Notes: generated by a model from the sequence alone, not told the origin. Positions 19,853 through 29,243 are shown, counted from the first letter of the stretch. The stretch: 45,322 bases of DNA from Fidelibacterota bacterium (GCA_046861645.1 JBHHUM010000011.1:1-45322), one strand, 5' to 3'. A program made the numbers and translations.

Positions 19853-21898
19853 CTACATGGCTTGAATGATAAAGATGATGATGATTCCTCCCAGTACCCA
19901 GACGAGATAATTTTGAATTTTCCCAGTTTGGATAAATTTGAGAGCTCCTCCAAAAAAACGAGTGGTTTTTCCTACCCCATCGACTATCTGTTGATCTAAT
20001 ACATCGTAGTCCAAATCGATTCCCACCCACCGGGAAAGTCGCTCCGTCACTCGACCAAAACCGTTGATAAAATATTTATCGTAGAGATCCCAATCGATAA
20101 AGCCCACTACTTTAGACAGATTGATGGAGGGCTTGACGATGAATCGACCATAGATCTCGTCCACGAAGAATTTGTTAAACGACAACTTATAGGGAAGAGC
20201 GAGTTGTTGGGCAAGCTTTTCTGCGGACCATTTTTTTCTTAGATAAATCATTATAGCCAACCCAATTCCACTAAAGGCTACAAGAAGAGAAATAATCATT
20301 GCTGGTAGATGGGCATGATGAATCCCCTCGGCAATCTCATGGGCTGATAAATTCAAATTTTGGGGTACTACTGAGTTTTGTGCCACCACTGCATGGGTAA
20401 ACCAACCCTGATCAGAAAATGGATTAATAAACGGGAGAGTGTAAAAAATGAAGACGGAAAGCGTGGCCAGAATTAATAGTGGCGCAGTCATGGTAACTGG
20501 TGATTCATGGATATTATCCAGAACTTCCTGGCGGGCCGGTTTGCCGTAGAAGGTCATAAAGATGAGCCTGAACATATAGAAAGCGGTCAATAGGGCAGCA
20601 CCGAAGCCGAAAACCGGTAAAAGGAAATGCTGGGGGTAGTGAATAGCATAAGCGAGTGAACCGGCCAATACCGCATCTTTAGAGAGAAAACCTGATGTAA
20701 AAGGTACTCCCGAAAGGGCAACGGTGGCGATTAACATGGTTATAAACGTTATCTTCATTTGACTCTTCATCCCGCCCATGTTACGCATATCCTGGGGATC
20801 GGAATGATGATCGCCTAATTCATGATAAGCATGGTGCATGGCGTGAATCACGCTACCACTGCAGAGGAAGAGAGCAGCCTTAAAGGCAGCATGGGTTGTA
20901 AGATGAAAGAATCCGGCCACATAAGCACCCGTTCCAATGGCCATAATCATGTAACCTAACTGGCTTACTGTGGAATAGGCCAGAACCCTCTTGATATCAT
21001 TCTGAGTAACGGCAATGACAGCGGCAAAAAGTGCGGTAAAACCACCCACATAAGCGATAATGGTCAGCGTCATGGGTGTGAAGAGGGGGAACATCCGGAA
21101 GGAGAAATAAACACCGGCAGCCACCATTGTGGCCGCATGGATCAGGGCACTGACGGGGGTAGGACCTTCCATAGCATCAGGGAGCCAGACATGGAGTGGA
21201 AACTGAGCTGACTTCCCCACGGCTCCGGCAAAAAGACAGATTCCTGCTAGGGTTAATACTGGAAGGGGTAGAGCACCAGCAGTCACCTCGTTAAAAATGT
21301 CAGTGAAAACAAATGATCCCGTGGCTGTAAAAAATAGCATGATCCCAATAAACATGCCAATATCTCCGACTCTATTTACCAGAAAAGCTTTTTTACTAGC
21401 ATTGGCAGCAGTATCCTTCTCAAACCAGAATCCTATGAGCAGATACGAGCTAAGACCCACTAGTTCCCAGAACATGTATATGGAAAGCAAATTGTTCGCC
21501 AGAACTATCCCGTTCATGGAAAAAGTGAATAGTGACAGGTAACCAAAGTAGCGGGAATATCGGGGATCATCCTTCATATACCCAACGGAGTAAAGATGCA
21601 CCAGACCTGAAATAAGGGCCACAACCAGTAGCATAATCACCGTGACATTATCAATTAGAAAACCAATTTTTACACTCAATTTACCCAGGTTAAACCACTC
21701 CCAGATTGTTTCCTCCACTCCTTCTGAGTCATTCAGAAAAAGCATCATTACGAACATGGCTATTGCGAGACAAAGTGTTATCCCTACAGCTGTAATAGAA
21801 ACCCAATCCCCTTTCCGGGGCAGTTTACGTCCAAAAAATATCTGGATGATAAAAGCCAACATTGGTAGGATCAGGAAATAAGGAGCAAAAGTCATCAT
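19853..21898 (-). CDS. nuoL: NADH-quinone oxidoreductase subunit L (cluster 1, elongated lateral helix)
   Basis: GKSAQFPLHVWLPDAMEGPTPVSALIHAATMV; the VDE..QTG interval is 28 aa longer than in the cluster 2 NuoL. Confidence 0.97.
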   Translation of the reverse strand: MMTFAPYFLILPMLAFIIQIFFGRKLPRKGDWVSITAVGITLCLAIAMFVMMLFLNDSEGVEETIWEWFNLGKLSVKIGFLIDNVTVIMLLVVALISGLVHLYSVGYMKDDPRYSRYFGYLSLFTFSMNGIVLANNLLSIYMFWELVGLSSYLLIGFWFEKDTAANASKKAFLVNRVGDIGMFIGIMLFFTATGSFVFTDIFNEVTAGALPLPVLTLAGICLFAGAVGKSAQFPLHVWLPDAMEGPTPVSALIHAATMVAAGVYFSFRMFPLFTPMTLTIIAYVGGFTALFAAVIAVTQNDIKRVLAYSTVSQLGYMIMAIGTGAYVAGFFHLTTHAAFKAALFLCSGSVIHAMHHAYHELGDHHSDPQDMRNMGGMKSQMKITFITMLIATVALSGVPFTSGFLSKDAVLAGSLAYAIHYPQHFLLPVFGFGAALLTAFYMFRLIFMTFYGKPARQEVLDNIHESPVTMTAPLLILATLSVFIFYTLPFINPFSDQGWFTHAVVAQNSVVPQNLNLSAHEIAEGIHHAHLPAMIISLLVAFSGIGLAIMIYLRKKWSAEKLAQQLALPYKLSFNKFFVDEIYGRFIVKPSINLSKVVGFIDWDLYDKYFINGFGRVTERLSRWVGIDLDYDVLDQQIVDGVGKTTRFFGGALKFIQTGKIQNYLVWVLGGIIIIFIIQAM

Positions 21899-22200
21899 CG
21901 TTTCAAGCTCCTGGCTTCATCTACATTCACTGTGCCAAACTTGTTATAAAGATTAATAATGATTGCTAGTGCTACAGCAGCTTCAGCAGCAGCCATGATA
22001 ATGACAAACATGGCAAATATATGACCAGAAAGATTCATGCTCCCGAAACAGGCAAAAGCTACGAAATTCACATTTGCTGAGTTCAGGATTAATTCCACTC
22101 CCATAAGTACGGCAACACCATTCCGGCGGGTGATAACTCCATACAGCCCCAGACTGAACAAGATAGCACCAATCGTCAAATAAGTATGTAAATCGTTCAT
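21895..22200 (-). CDS. nuoK: NADH-quinone oxidoreductase subunit K (cluster 1)
   Basis: VELILNSAN, AAAEAAVALA motifs. Confidence 0.96.
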   Translation of the reverse strand: MNDLHTYLTIGAILFSLGLYGVITRRNGVAVLMGVELILNSANVNFVAFACFGSMNLSGHIFAMFVIIMAAAEAAVALAIIINLYNKFGTVNVDEARSLKR

Positions 22201-22694
22201 GATTCACTCTTTCGCGATAACATGGCGGCTCCCACTAAGGCAGCTAGTAATAAAACTGAAGCCACTTCAAACGGTAGTAGATAATCAATCAACAAAAGTT
22301 TACCGATTCCTTCCACAGTGCTGTTTGGAGCTAAAGTCGTTTCCAAATACCATGGTGACGTAGTAATCATTCTGTAAAGTCCGACAAAGATCAACAAAAC
22401 CACAAACCCTCCTACGGTTTTCTGCATGCTGGTATGAGAAAGTCGTATGTCAGAGATTCTATGGGTCAACATAATACCAAAGACAATTAAGACCAGGATC
22501 CCCCCTACATAAATAACGATTTGTGTGCCTGCAATGAAATCAGCCAATAAAAATACATACAAGCCAGCTATACCCATGAGAGTGAAAAAAAGAGCAATCG
22601 CAGAGTACACCAATCGCTGGGATGTTACTACATAAAGAGCTGATCCTATGGTTAGCGCAACAACTAAGAAGAAAGCCAGTTCAGAGAGACTCAC
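22197..22694 (-). CDS. nuoJ: NADH-quinone oxidoreductase subunit J (cluster 1)
   Basis: [22 protein letters not shown] motifs. Confidence 0.96.
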   Translation of the reverse strand: MSLSELAFFLVVALTIGSALYVVTSQRLVYSAIALFFTLMGIAGLYVFLLADFIAGTQIVIYVGGILVLIVFGIMLTHRISDIRLSHTSMQKTVGGFVVLLIFVGLYRMITTSPWYLETTLAPNSTVEGIGKLLLIDYLLPFEVASVLLLAALVGAAMLSRKSES

Positions 22695-23302
22695 GATTCC
22701 GTCTCCTCTCTTGTTTCAGTTGCAGCTGATTCTTTACGCAGTTTCTCTTCAGCATAAGAGGTTACAATATCAGCCGGTACTTTGGAAAATTTGAAAATCA
22801 AATTATTACGGTCATATTCAGAAAACTCATAATCCATGCCATGTTTACTGGAATGAGGACCCCCGGTCATAAAAATACACTCCTCCGGACAGGGGTAAGT
22901 GCAGAGGTTGCAGTAACAGCATTCTGTCATGTCTATATCGAACCGGGTAACTAAAAGTCTTTTCTGAGTACCGTGAGACGTAACACCCCGATGATTCGCT
23001 CCAGGAATATCTTCCCCCTTTCCCACTTTTTCAGTATCAATTTTTATACACTGCACAGGACAGGCGCGTTCACATTTCCGACACCCAATACAATCATCCA
23101 TATCCACAGTAAGACGGGAGCGAATAACGTTGTAACTGTCTTCATTGAAACCGATATGCCGCTCTGGACGAGGCCATCTTTCCACCGGATATTGGAGAGT
23201 AACAAAACCTTTACGAATGCGCAAAAGGTGTCCAAGTGTTACCCTCATCCCTGTAATCAAGGTTGTTAGGGAAAGCCAAATGTTCGTAAAGTATCTGCTC
23301 AT
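22691..23302 (-). CDS. nuoI: NADH-quinone oxidoreductase subunit I (cluster 1)
   Basis: CIGCRKCERACP and CCYCNLCTYPCP motifs; TLQYP; lies between nuoH and nuoJ. Confidence 0.93.
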   Translation of the reverse strand: MSRYFTNIWLSLTTLITGMRVTLGHLLRIRKGFVTLQYPVERWPRPERHIGFNEDSYNVIRSRLTVDMDDCIGCRKCERACPVQCIKIDTEKVGKGEDIPGANHRGVTSHGTQKRLLVTRFDIDMTECCYCNLCTYPCPEECIFMTGGPHSSKHGMDYEFSEYDRNNLIFKFSKVPADIVTSYAEEKLRKESAATETREETES

Positions 23303-23311
23303 GTTCCTATC

Positions 23312-24397
23312 CTAATTCACCAGCATGTCCCACAAGCCAACACCAAAAAGATTCAGAAGTGAAAGGGGGAGAAAGAATTTCCAACAGACTCGCATAAGTT
23401 GATCTGTTCTCAGCCGCGGGAAGGTCCAGCGGAACCACATCATCAGTAATATCAGAAAAATGACTTTACCAAAGAACCAGATCAATCCCCAGATGGGACC
23501 ACCTAAATAACCAGGGATAGGACTCTGCCAGCCACCTAAAAAAGCCACCGTGGTTACACCAGAAACGATAAATACGTTGGCATACTCGCTTAAAAAGAAA
23601 AAGGCCCAACGCATACCGGAATACTCGGTATGAAACCCTGCAACTAACTCTGATTCTGCCTCAGGAAGGTCGAACGGTGTACGGTTCGTTTCCGCCACAC
23701 CGGAGATAAAAAAGAGAAAGAAAGCCAAGAGCGAAAAGGGATTATTAAAAATGAACCAGTTGGGTAGAATTCCCCAGATAGTTCCTCCTTGAGCTTTAAT
23801 GATTTCCTGCATTTGGAGCGATCCAGCTAACATGATAACAGTTAGAATAGAAAGAGCAGCAGGGATTTCATAGCTGATAATTTGGGCAGCAGAACGCATG
23901 GCTCCATAAAGAGACCATTTATTATTGGATCCGTAGCCAGCCAAAATGATTCCTATAACACCTATGGAGCTCACGGCAAGAATGAAAAAGACCCCGATGT
24001 TGAAGTCAGCCGCCAATATAAATTGATTAAACGGGATAGCAGAGATGGCCACAAAGGCAGCTATGAAAATAATAAAAGGAGCCAGCACAAATAATTTTCT
24101 ATCGGCCAGTGCCGGGATAACATCCTGTTTGATGATAAGTTTTAGAGCATCTGCTACCGTTTGTAATAAACCCCACTTACCGGCATGTAAACCCACACCC
24201 TGACCCATAGGACCCAGCCGATCCTGCATAAATGCTGAAACTTTCCGTTCGGCGTATACAGCCACGATAGCATTAACTGCCAAAAAGAGGAACAGAGGCA
24301 ATCCCACCAGTAGAACCGCCAGGATGAATTGTGTTCCCCGGGACATGGTTGCCAACCAGGAAATTCCAGAAAATTGGTCTAGAAAGAAATCAATCAT
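23312..24397 (-). CDS. nuoH: NADH-quinone oxidoreductase subunit H (cluster 1)
   Basis: ERKVSAFMQDRLGP, AETNRTPFDLPEAESELV motifs; ATG at 24397 overlaps the nuoD stop (TGATG). Confidence 0.96.
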   Translation of the reverse strand: MIDFFLDQFSGISWLATMSRGTQFILAVLLVGLPLFLFLAVNAIVAVYAERKVSAFMQDRLGPMGQGVGLHAGKWGLLQTVADALKLIIKQDVIPALADRKLFVLAPFIIFIAAFVAISAIPFNQFILAADFNIGVFFILAVSSIGVIGIILAGYGSNNKWSLYGAMRSAAQIISYEIPAALSILTVIMLAGSLQMQEIIKAQGGTIWGILPNWFIFNNPFSLLAFFLFFISGVAETNRTPFDLPEAESELVAGFHTEYSGMRWAFFFLSEYANVFIVSGVTTVAFLGGWQSPIPGYLGGPIWGLIWFFGKVIFLILLMMWFRWTFPRLRTDQLMRVCWKFFLPLSLLNLFGVGLWDMLVN

Positions 24398-25542
24398 CAG
24401 CGGTCGATCTCCCCTAACACAATATCGAGGCTTCCTAAAATGGCTAGGACGTCGGAAATCATCCACCCCTGAGCAATTTCATTAATACAACTCAGCGCCG
24501 TAAATGCAGGTGAACGCATCTTCAGCCGGAAAGGGATGGGCTTTCCATCACTGACAATATAGTATCCCAATTCACCCCGAGGTGTCTCTGTACGGGCATA
24601 AATTTGTCCCTTGGGAGGACGAATTTTCTTGGGCAGGGCTTCATATACGTCACCATCTCTGGGGAGCTGATCGAGAGCCTGACGTACAATCTTAGCACTC
24701 TCTTCGATTTCCCGAACGCGGACGTAATATCGATCCCAACAATCGCCAACAGTTCCCATTGCACCGGTACCAATGGGAATATCGAATTCAAAGCGATCAT
24801 AGATAGCATAAGGGTCGTCTTTCCGCAAGTCCCATTTCACTCCCGACCCCCGTAAATTGGGCCCAGTAACTCCATAACTAATCGCAACATCCGGCGGGAG
24901 AACACCTACATCAGCCGTACGTTCAATGAATATCTTATTGAAGGTAAGGATGTTATTGTACTCTTCAATCTGAGGCTCAAAATAGTCAAGAAATTCATAC
25001 ACTTTTTCCACCCAACCCACTGGTAGATCGTGAGATACTCCCCCTACCCATATATAGTTGTAGAGGAGTCGTGCGCCACATAACATTTCAAAAAGGTCTA
25101 GTATCCTTTCCCGATCCCGAAAACAATAAAGAAAAGGGGTAAATGCGCCTACATCCAGTCCAAAAGTACCTATGGCAAGTTGGTGACTGGCAATCCGATT
25201 TAATTCAGCAACAATCACTCTGATGTATTCCACTTTTTCAGGTACTTTAATATCCATGAGCCGTTCCACTGCTACAGCATACCCCAAGTTGTTATTCATG
25301 GCGGCGATATAGTCGCATCGATCGGTATAGGGGATTACCTGTTCGTAAGTCACATTTTCACAATGCTTCTCAAAACATCGGTGAAGATACCCTATGACAG
25401 GAGTGACATGAGTGACGATTTCACCATCTGTCCTTACCTTCAACCGGAGTACACCATGGGTGCTGGGATGTTGCGGTCCAAAGTTGAGAACCATTTCCTC
25501 AGCATGTACACTGCCAAGCTCCATATCGAGAACTTTGGTCAC
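24397..25542 (-). CDS. nuoD: NADH-quinone oxidoreductase subunit D (cluster 1)
   Basis: FGPQHPSTHGVLRL, DRCDY, ETPRGELG, GEIDR; no NiFe CxxC motifs. Confidence 0.97.
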   Translation of the reverse strand: MTKVLDMELGSVHAEEMVLNFGPQHPSTHGVLRLKVRTDGEIVTHVTPVIGYLHRCFEKHCENVTYEQVIPYTDRCDYIAAMNNNLGYAVAVERLMDIKVPEKVEYIRVIVAELNRIASHQLAIGTFGLDVGAFTPFLYCFRDRERILDLFEMLCGARLLYNYIWVGGVSHDLPVGWVEKVYEFLDYFEPQIEEYNNILTFNKIFIERTADVGVLPPDVAISYGVTGPNLRGSGVKWDLRKDDPYAIYDRFEFDIPIGTGAMGTVGDCWDRYYVRVREIEESAKIVRQALDQLPRDGDVYEALPKKIRPPKGQIYARTETPRGELGYYIVSDGKPIPFRLKMRSPAFTALSCINEIAQGWMISDVLAILGSLDIVLGEIDR

Positions 25543-26036
25543 TCCCAGCCCTCTTTCATCTTGGGAATTTCTATCCCATGATAAGATGAGGGAAACTCGT
25601 AGTCCTTTCGAAGAGGATATCCCTCCCAGTCATCAGGTAAAAGGATACGGCAGAGATTGTGATGACCCTCGAATTCAATTCCGTACATATCAAAAGTCTC
25701 CCGTTCAAACCAGTCAGCAATTTTCCAGAACTGCTCTACAGAAGGAACTACTGGATTCTCCCGGGGAAGAATAATACGAATCTCTATTTTGTGATTATGT
25801 TGCATGGAGTGCAGATTATAGATTACACCCAGATCACTTTCTTCTCCAAAATCCACACCGGTTATGCACATCAATGCATCGAAAAAGAGGTTTTCATCAT
25901 TGCGAAGAAACTCAGCAAAATTTTTCCAGTCAGCAGGAGCCACGAGGATGTGATCTGCTGGAGCCTCTTCTCCAGTATCGATAAAACCCTCTCGAAAGTG
26001 TTCGTTTATATAGTTTACCTGTTCTGTAAAATCCAT
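25539..26036 (-). CDS. nuoC: NADH-quinone oxidoreductase subunit C (cluster 1)
   Basis: ADWFERETFDMYGIEFEGH..GYPLRKDY signature. Confidence 0.96.
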   Translation of the reverse strand: MDFTEQVNYINEHFREGFIDTGEEAPADHILVAPADWKNFAEFLRNDENLFFDALMCITGVDFGEESDLGVIYNLHSMQHNHKIEIRIILPRENPVVPSVEQFWKIADWFERETFDMYGIEFEGHHNLCRILLPDDWEGYPLRKDYEFPSSYHGIEIPKMKEGWE

Positions 26037-26053
26037 ATTATTTCAGGGATCAC

Positions 26054-26500
26054 TCAGGCAATAGTTCCCCTCATGGTGGAATCTGCCGGCTCCCTGGTTA
26101 CATTAAGTTTGCGGTACCGGCCTCGACCATAAGGAACAGAAATTTTCACCCAATCCAAATCGCCTTTGCGCCAGACATAAACCAATCCTACAGCAAGGAT
26201 GGCAAGAAAGATCATCATCTCCACGAAAGCAAAAAGACCCAATTCCTTATAGACCACAGCCCAGGGAAAAAGAAAGACAACTTCCACATCGAAGATAATA
26301 AATATGAGCGCTATCACGTAGAATCGTATGTTGAACTGAACCCAGGCGCTACCTTCAGGGTCTTCACCACATTCATATGTGGTCAGTTTATCACGTGATC
26401 GGTTTTGTGGAGAGAGGATGCGTTGTAACACAAGGGGGATCGCTACCATAACGATCCCGAGGAGTACAAATACAAAGGCTGTGCCGAAATTCTGATACAT
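26054..26500 (-). CDS. nuoA: NADH-quinone oxidoreductase subunit A (cluster 1)
   Basis: [26 protein letters not shown] motifs; ATG at 26500 (MYQNF). Confidence 0.95.
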   Translation of the reverse strand: MYQNFGTAFVFVLLGIVMVAIPLVLQRILSPQNRSRDKLTTYECGEDPEGSAWVQFNIRFYVIALIFIIFDVEVVFLFPWAVVYKELGLFAFVEMMIFLAILAVGLVYVWRKGDLDWVKISVPYGRGRYRKLNVTREPADSTMRGTIA

Positions 26501-26532
26501 TTGTTGTTGTTGGTTAGTGTAAAACGGTTGAA

Positions 26533-26561
26533 AATTTACCGACCACACCTGCCCTTTGCAA
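26533..26561 (-). promoter_or_regulatory. Putative sigma70 promoter of the nuo clusters
   Basis: TTGCAA-N17-TAAATT on the minus strand, 32 nt upstream of the nuoA ATG. Confidence 0.6.
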
Positions 26562-26648
26562 GCCAATTTCAGAGCATTTCCTCCCGTTTTATGGTGAAAT
26601 CATCTTATCTTGCTTACTACTATTTCACTGTAAAGGAACTAAAAGCGA

Positions 26649-26677
26649 TTGTCGTTCCCAACCCCATCAGGTAAATT
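26649..26677 (+). promoter_or_regulatory. Putative sigma70 promoter of proline dehydrogenase
   Basis: TTGTCG-N17-TAAATT, 13 nt before ATG 26691; shares GGTAAATT with the divergent nuo promoter. Confidence 0.5.
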
Positions 26678-26690
26678 TAAAATTCATGAA

Positions 26691-27599
26691 ATGGCACTTT
26701 TAAATACAACCCTAACCACCTTGCTCCCGCTCCTCCCTCGCCCCCTAACGAGGATATTTGCCATGCGTTATGTGGCCGGAGAAAGTGAAGATGAAGCCCT
26801 GGAAGTCATCCGTAACCTGAACTCCTCAGGATTCTCTGCTACCTTGGATATTCTCGGAGAGCATACCTCCTCACCAGAAGAAATCGAGAGCGTAACCACA
26901 ACTTATATGGAACTTTACCAGCGCATTGCCGCAGAATCTTTAGACTGTAACATCTCTCTAAAACTGACTCACCTCGGCTTAGGATTTAATGATACGATAG
27001 CTGCTGAGAACTTGTTACGAATCGTGAGCATAGCCCAACAATATAAGAATTTCTTACGCATCGATATGGAGAACTCTCCATTCACCGATCGTACCCTGGA
27101 ATTATATAGCCACTGCCGGGAACAATACGACCAGGTAGGCTTCGTCCTGCAATCTTACCTTTTCAGAAGTATTCACGATCTGGAAAAATTTCACCATCGT
27201 AGTCCTAATATCCGCATCTGTAAAGGTATTTACCACGAACCGGAAAGCATCGCTTATCAAGATAAGGAGCAAATCCGTGAAAATTTTATCAATTTGGTAA
27301 AGATAATTTTAGAAGGTCAAGGGTATGCCGCCATTGCTACCCATGATATCTACCTGCTTGATACTCTGGAGACGTGGATTCTTAACCGGAACATCCCCCG
27401 GGACAGATATGAATTTCAGGCGCTTTTTGGTGTTCCTATGAAAGGACGTTTGGAGGAGCTACAAGCAGCTGGACATAAGGTTCGTATATATGTTCCCTTT
27501 GGTAAAGAGTGGTACGCTTATGCCATTAGAAGATTAAAGGAAAATCCAAGCATAGCTGGCTATATTATGAAGAATTTGTTACGGAGGAAAGCAATATGA
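26691..27599 (+). CDS. putB: Monofunctional proline dehydrogenase
   Basis: RYVAGE, DILGE, SLKLTHLG, RIDME, RICKGIY, ATHD, YVPFG..RRLKENP motifs; ATG at 26691 preferred. Confidence 0.93.
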   Translation: MALLNTTLTTLLPLLPRPLTRIFAMRYVAGESEDEALEVIRNLNSSGFSATLDILGEHTSSPEEIESVTTTYMELYQRIAAESLDCNISLKLTHLGLGFNDTIAAENLLRIVSIAQQYKNFLRIDMENSPFTDRTLELYSHCREQYDQVGFVLQSYLFRSIHDLEKFHHRSPNIRICKGIYHEPESIAYQDKEQIRENFINLVKIILEGQGYAAIATHDIYLLDTLETWILNRNIPRDRYEFQALFGVPMKGRLEELQAAGHKVRIYVPFGKEWYAYAIRRLKENPSIAGYIMKNLLRRKAI

Positions 27600-27997
27600 A
27601 CGAACCTGAATCTATTTTACAAATATACCAAATGAAGACCATTGCCGTGGTGGGGCTCTCTCCCAAACCGGAACGACCCAGCCACTATGTGGCCAAGTAC
27701 TTGCAGCAACAGGGATACCACATCATTCCTGTAAATCCTGGGCACGATAAACTCCTTGACGAGAAAAGCTATGCTACTCTACAGGATATCCCTGAGCCAG
27801 TGGATATTGTGGATGTTTTTCGCCGGCCGGAACATGTGGGACCTATTGCCACTGCTGCCATCGAGATTGGTGCTAAAGCCCTCTGGCTTCAAGATGGAGT
27901 CATAAATGAACCAGCCGCTAAACAAGCAGAAAAGGCTGGCCTGTTAGTCATTATGAACGACTGTATGATGCGGCGACATAGACAGCTCTTCGAGTAA
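27596..27997 (+). CDS. CoA-binding protein (YccU-like)
   Basis: IAVVGLSPKPERPS, IPVNP, VDIVDVFR, LWLQ motifs; ATGA overlap with the upstream gene. Confidence 0.92.
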   Translation: MNEPESILQIYQMKTIAVVGLSPKPERPSHYVAKYLQQQGYHIIPVNPGHDKLLDEKSYATLQDIPEPVDIVDVFRRPEHVGPIATAAIEIGAKALWLQDGVINEPAAKQAEKAGLLVIMNDCMMRRHRQLFE

Positions 27998-28005
27998 CTA
28001 AGGTC

Positions 28006-28308
28006 ATGGAAAACTTGTCTGTCCACCCCCTCACTCCCGACCGATGGGACGATTGGGAGAAACTCTTCGGACCCAATGGCGCCTGCAGCAGCTGCTGGTG
28101 CTTGTACTGGCGGCAGACGAGGCGGGAGTTCGATGATCACCACGGTGAAGACAATCGCTGATCGTCCCGGGAGATCGCGGAATCAGGTACGGTACCCGGG
28201 ATTCTCTATTACGCAGAAGAACCGTAGGGTGGTGCTCCATCGCTCCCCGGGAGTAGTTCCCATCCTTGGACCGGTCCCCTGTTTTGAAGCGCATTGATGA
28301 TAGACCCA
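28006..28308 (+). pseudogene. GNAT-family acetyltransferase pseudogene (N-terminal half)
   Basis: MENLSVHPLTPDRWDDWEKLFGPNGACSSCWCLYWR..EDNR* then ..GTVPGILYY.., frameshift, VGWCSIAPRE*FPSLDRSPVLKRIDDRP; at least two stops and one frameshift. Confidence 0.75.
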
Positions 28309-29243
28309 CTCTAGTCCTCGGCGGTACGGGGCATTTCGGTCGATACATCGTTGCCAGTCTGTTGGCAAAGAACAAACCCGTCCGTGTCCTGAGCCGGACC
28401 CCCGAAAAGGCTCGAATACTGTTAGGCAACCGTCCCGAGATCATCCAGGGTGACATTACTTCCCGGGAGTCGCTTTTTCCTGCCTTGGATAACATCAGGG
28501 CAATTGTTATTTCCGTCTCCGCCATGAGCTGGCAGCTCATCCGCAAGCTGGAACTCATTGAACGAGATTCAATCCTGATGCTCTTAGAGGAAGCACAGAG
28601 TAGAGGTATCTCCCGGGTAGTGTACATTTCCGCCTATGATATTGTGGAGGATATAGTTTCACAGCTTCCCCGCCTATTTCAGACCATTCCCCGCATCAAG
28701 CAAGAGGTGGAGACTGCCCTGTCTCAGTCACAGTTCAACTGGACAGTTTTAGGAGCGCCGCCGTCCATGAAGATATTCTTTGCCATGATCAGGGGAGACA
28801 GGATGATGGTCCCGGGTGGAGGTCCTCCTGCCCTCCCCACAGTCAGCGCCCAGGATGTGGGTGAAATCGCCGCACAGTCGGTGCTCAGGGATGATCTCTC
28901 CGGGCGCCGCATCCGTATGCCGGGACCGGAGGCACTCTCCTTCCCGGAGGCTGCTAGAAGAATTTCAGCGGTGTGGAAGAAAGAGATTACGTTCCGGAAA
29001 ATCCCCCTCCTTCCGCTGCAGATAGCTTCCTTAGTTACGCTCCCGTTCAATCCATTTTTACGCCACCTGGCAGGCAGTGTGAAACTGCTCAACCTGTTTC
29101 CTCAGGACATAGCGCGAGAGGCAGATAGGGATCACCGCTTTCTGAGAGAGATATTCAGCTATACACCGGTGACCCTTGAGGTAGAAGCGGCACGGCGCAA
29201 TCTGGCGCAAAAAAGCGAGGCCATAAATGACCACGCTGAATGA
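28266..29243 (+). CDS. NmrA-like / atypical SDR NAD(P)-binding protein (start uncertain)
   Basis: LVLGGTGHFG Rossmann motif, VRVLSR, VSAQDVG, GPEALS; the first ~14 codons look GNAT-derived. Confidence 0.8.
   Translation: MDRSPVLKRIDDRPTLVLGGTGHFGRYIVASLLAKNKPVRVLSRTPEKARILLGNRPEIIQGDITSRESLFPALDNIRAIVISVSAMSWQLIRKLELIERDSILMLLEEAQSRGISRVVYISAYDIVEDIVSQLPRLFQTIPRIKQEVETALSQSQFNWTVLGAPPSMKIFFAMIRGDRMMVPGGGPPALPTVSAQDVGEIAAQSVLRDDLSGRRIRMPGPEALSFPEAARRISAVWKKEITFRKIPLLPLQIASLVTLPFNPFLRHLAGSVKLLNLFPQDIAREADRDHRFLREIFSYTPVTLEVEAARRNLAQKSEAINDHAE

Noticed and set aside
24397..25542. Cluster 1 as a group 4 [NiFe]-hydrogenase
   Set aside because: NuoD1 lacks both CxxC nickel-binding motifs and keeps the quinone-site residues.
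26501..26566. Poly-Gln N-terminal extension of NuoA1 or a Gln leader peptide
   Set aside because: The upstream TTG start lies within or upstream of the predicted promoter, and there is no separate stop or terminator; better read as an unstructured 5' UTR.
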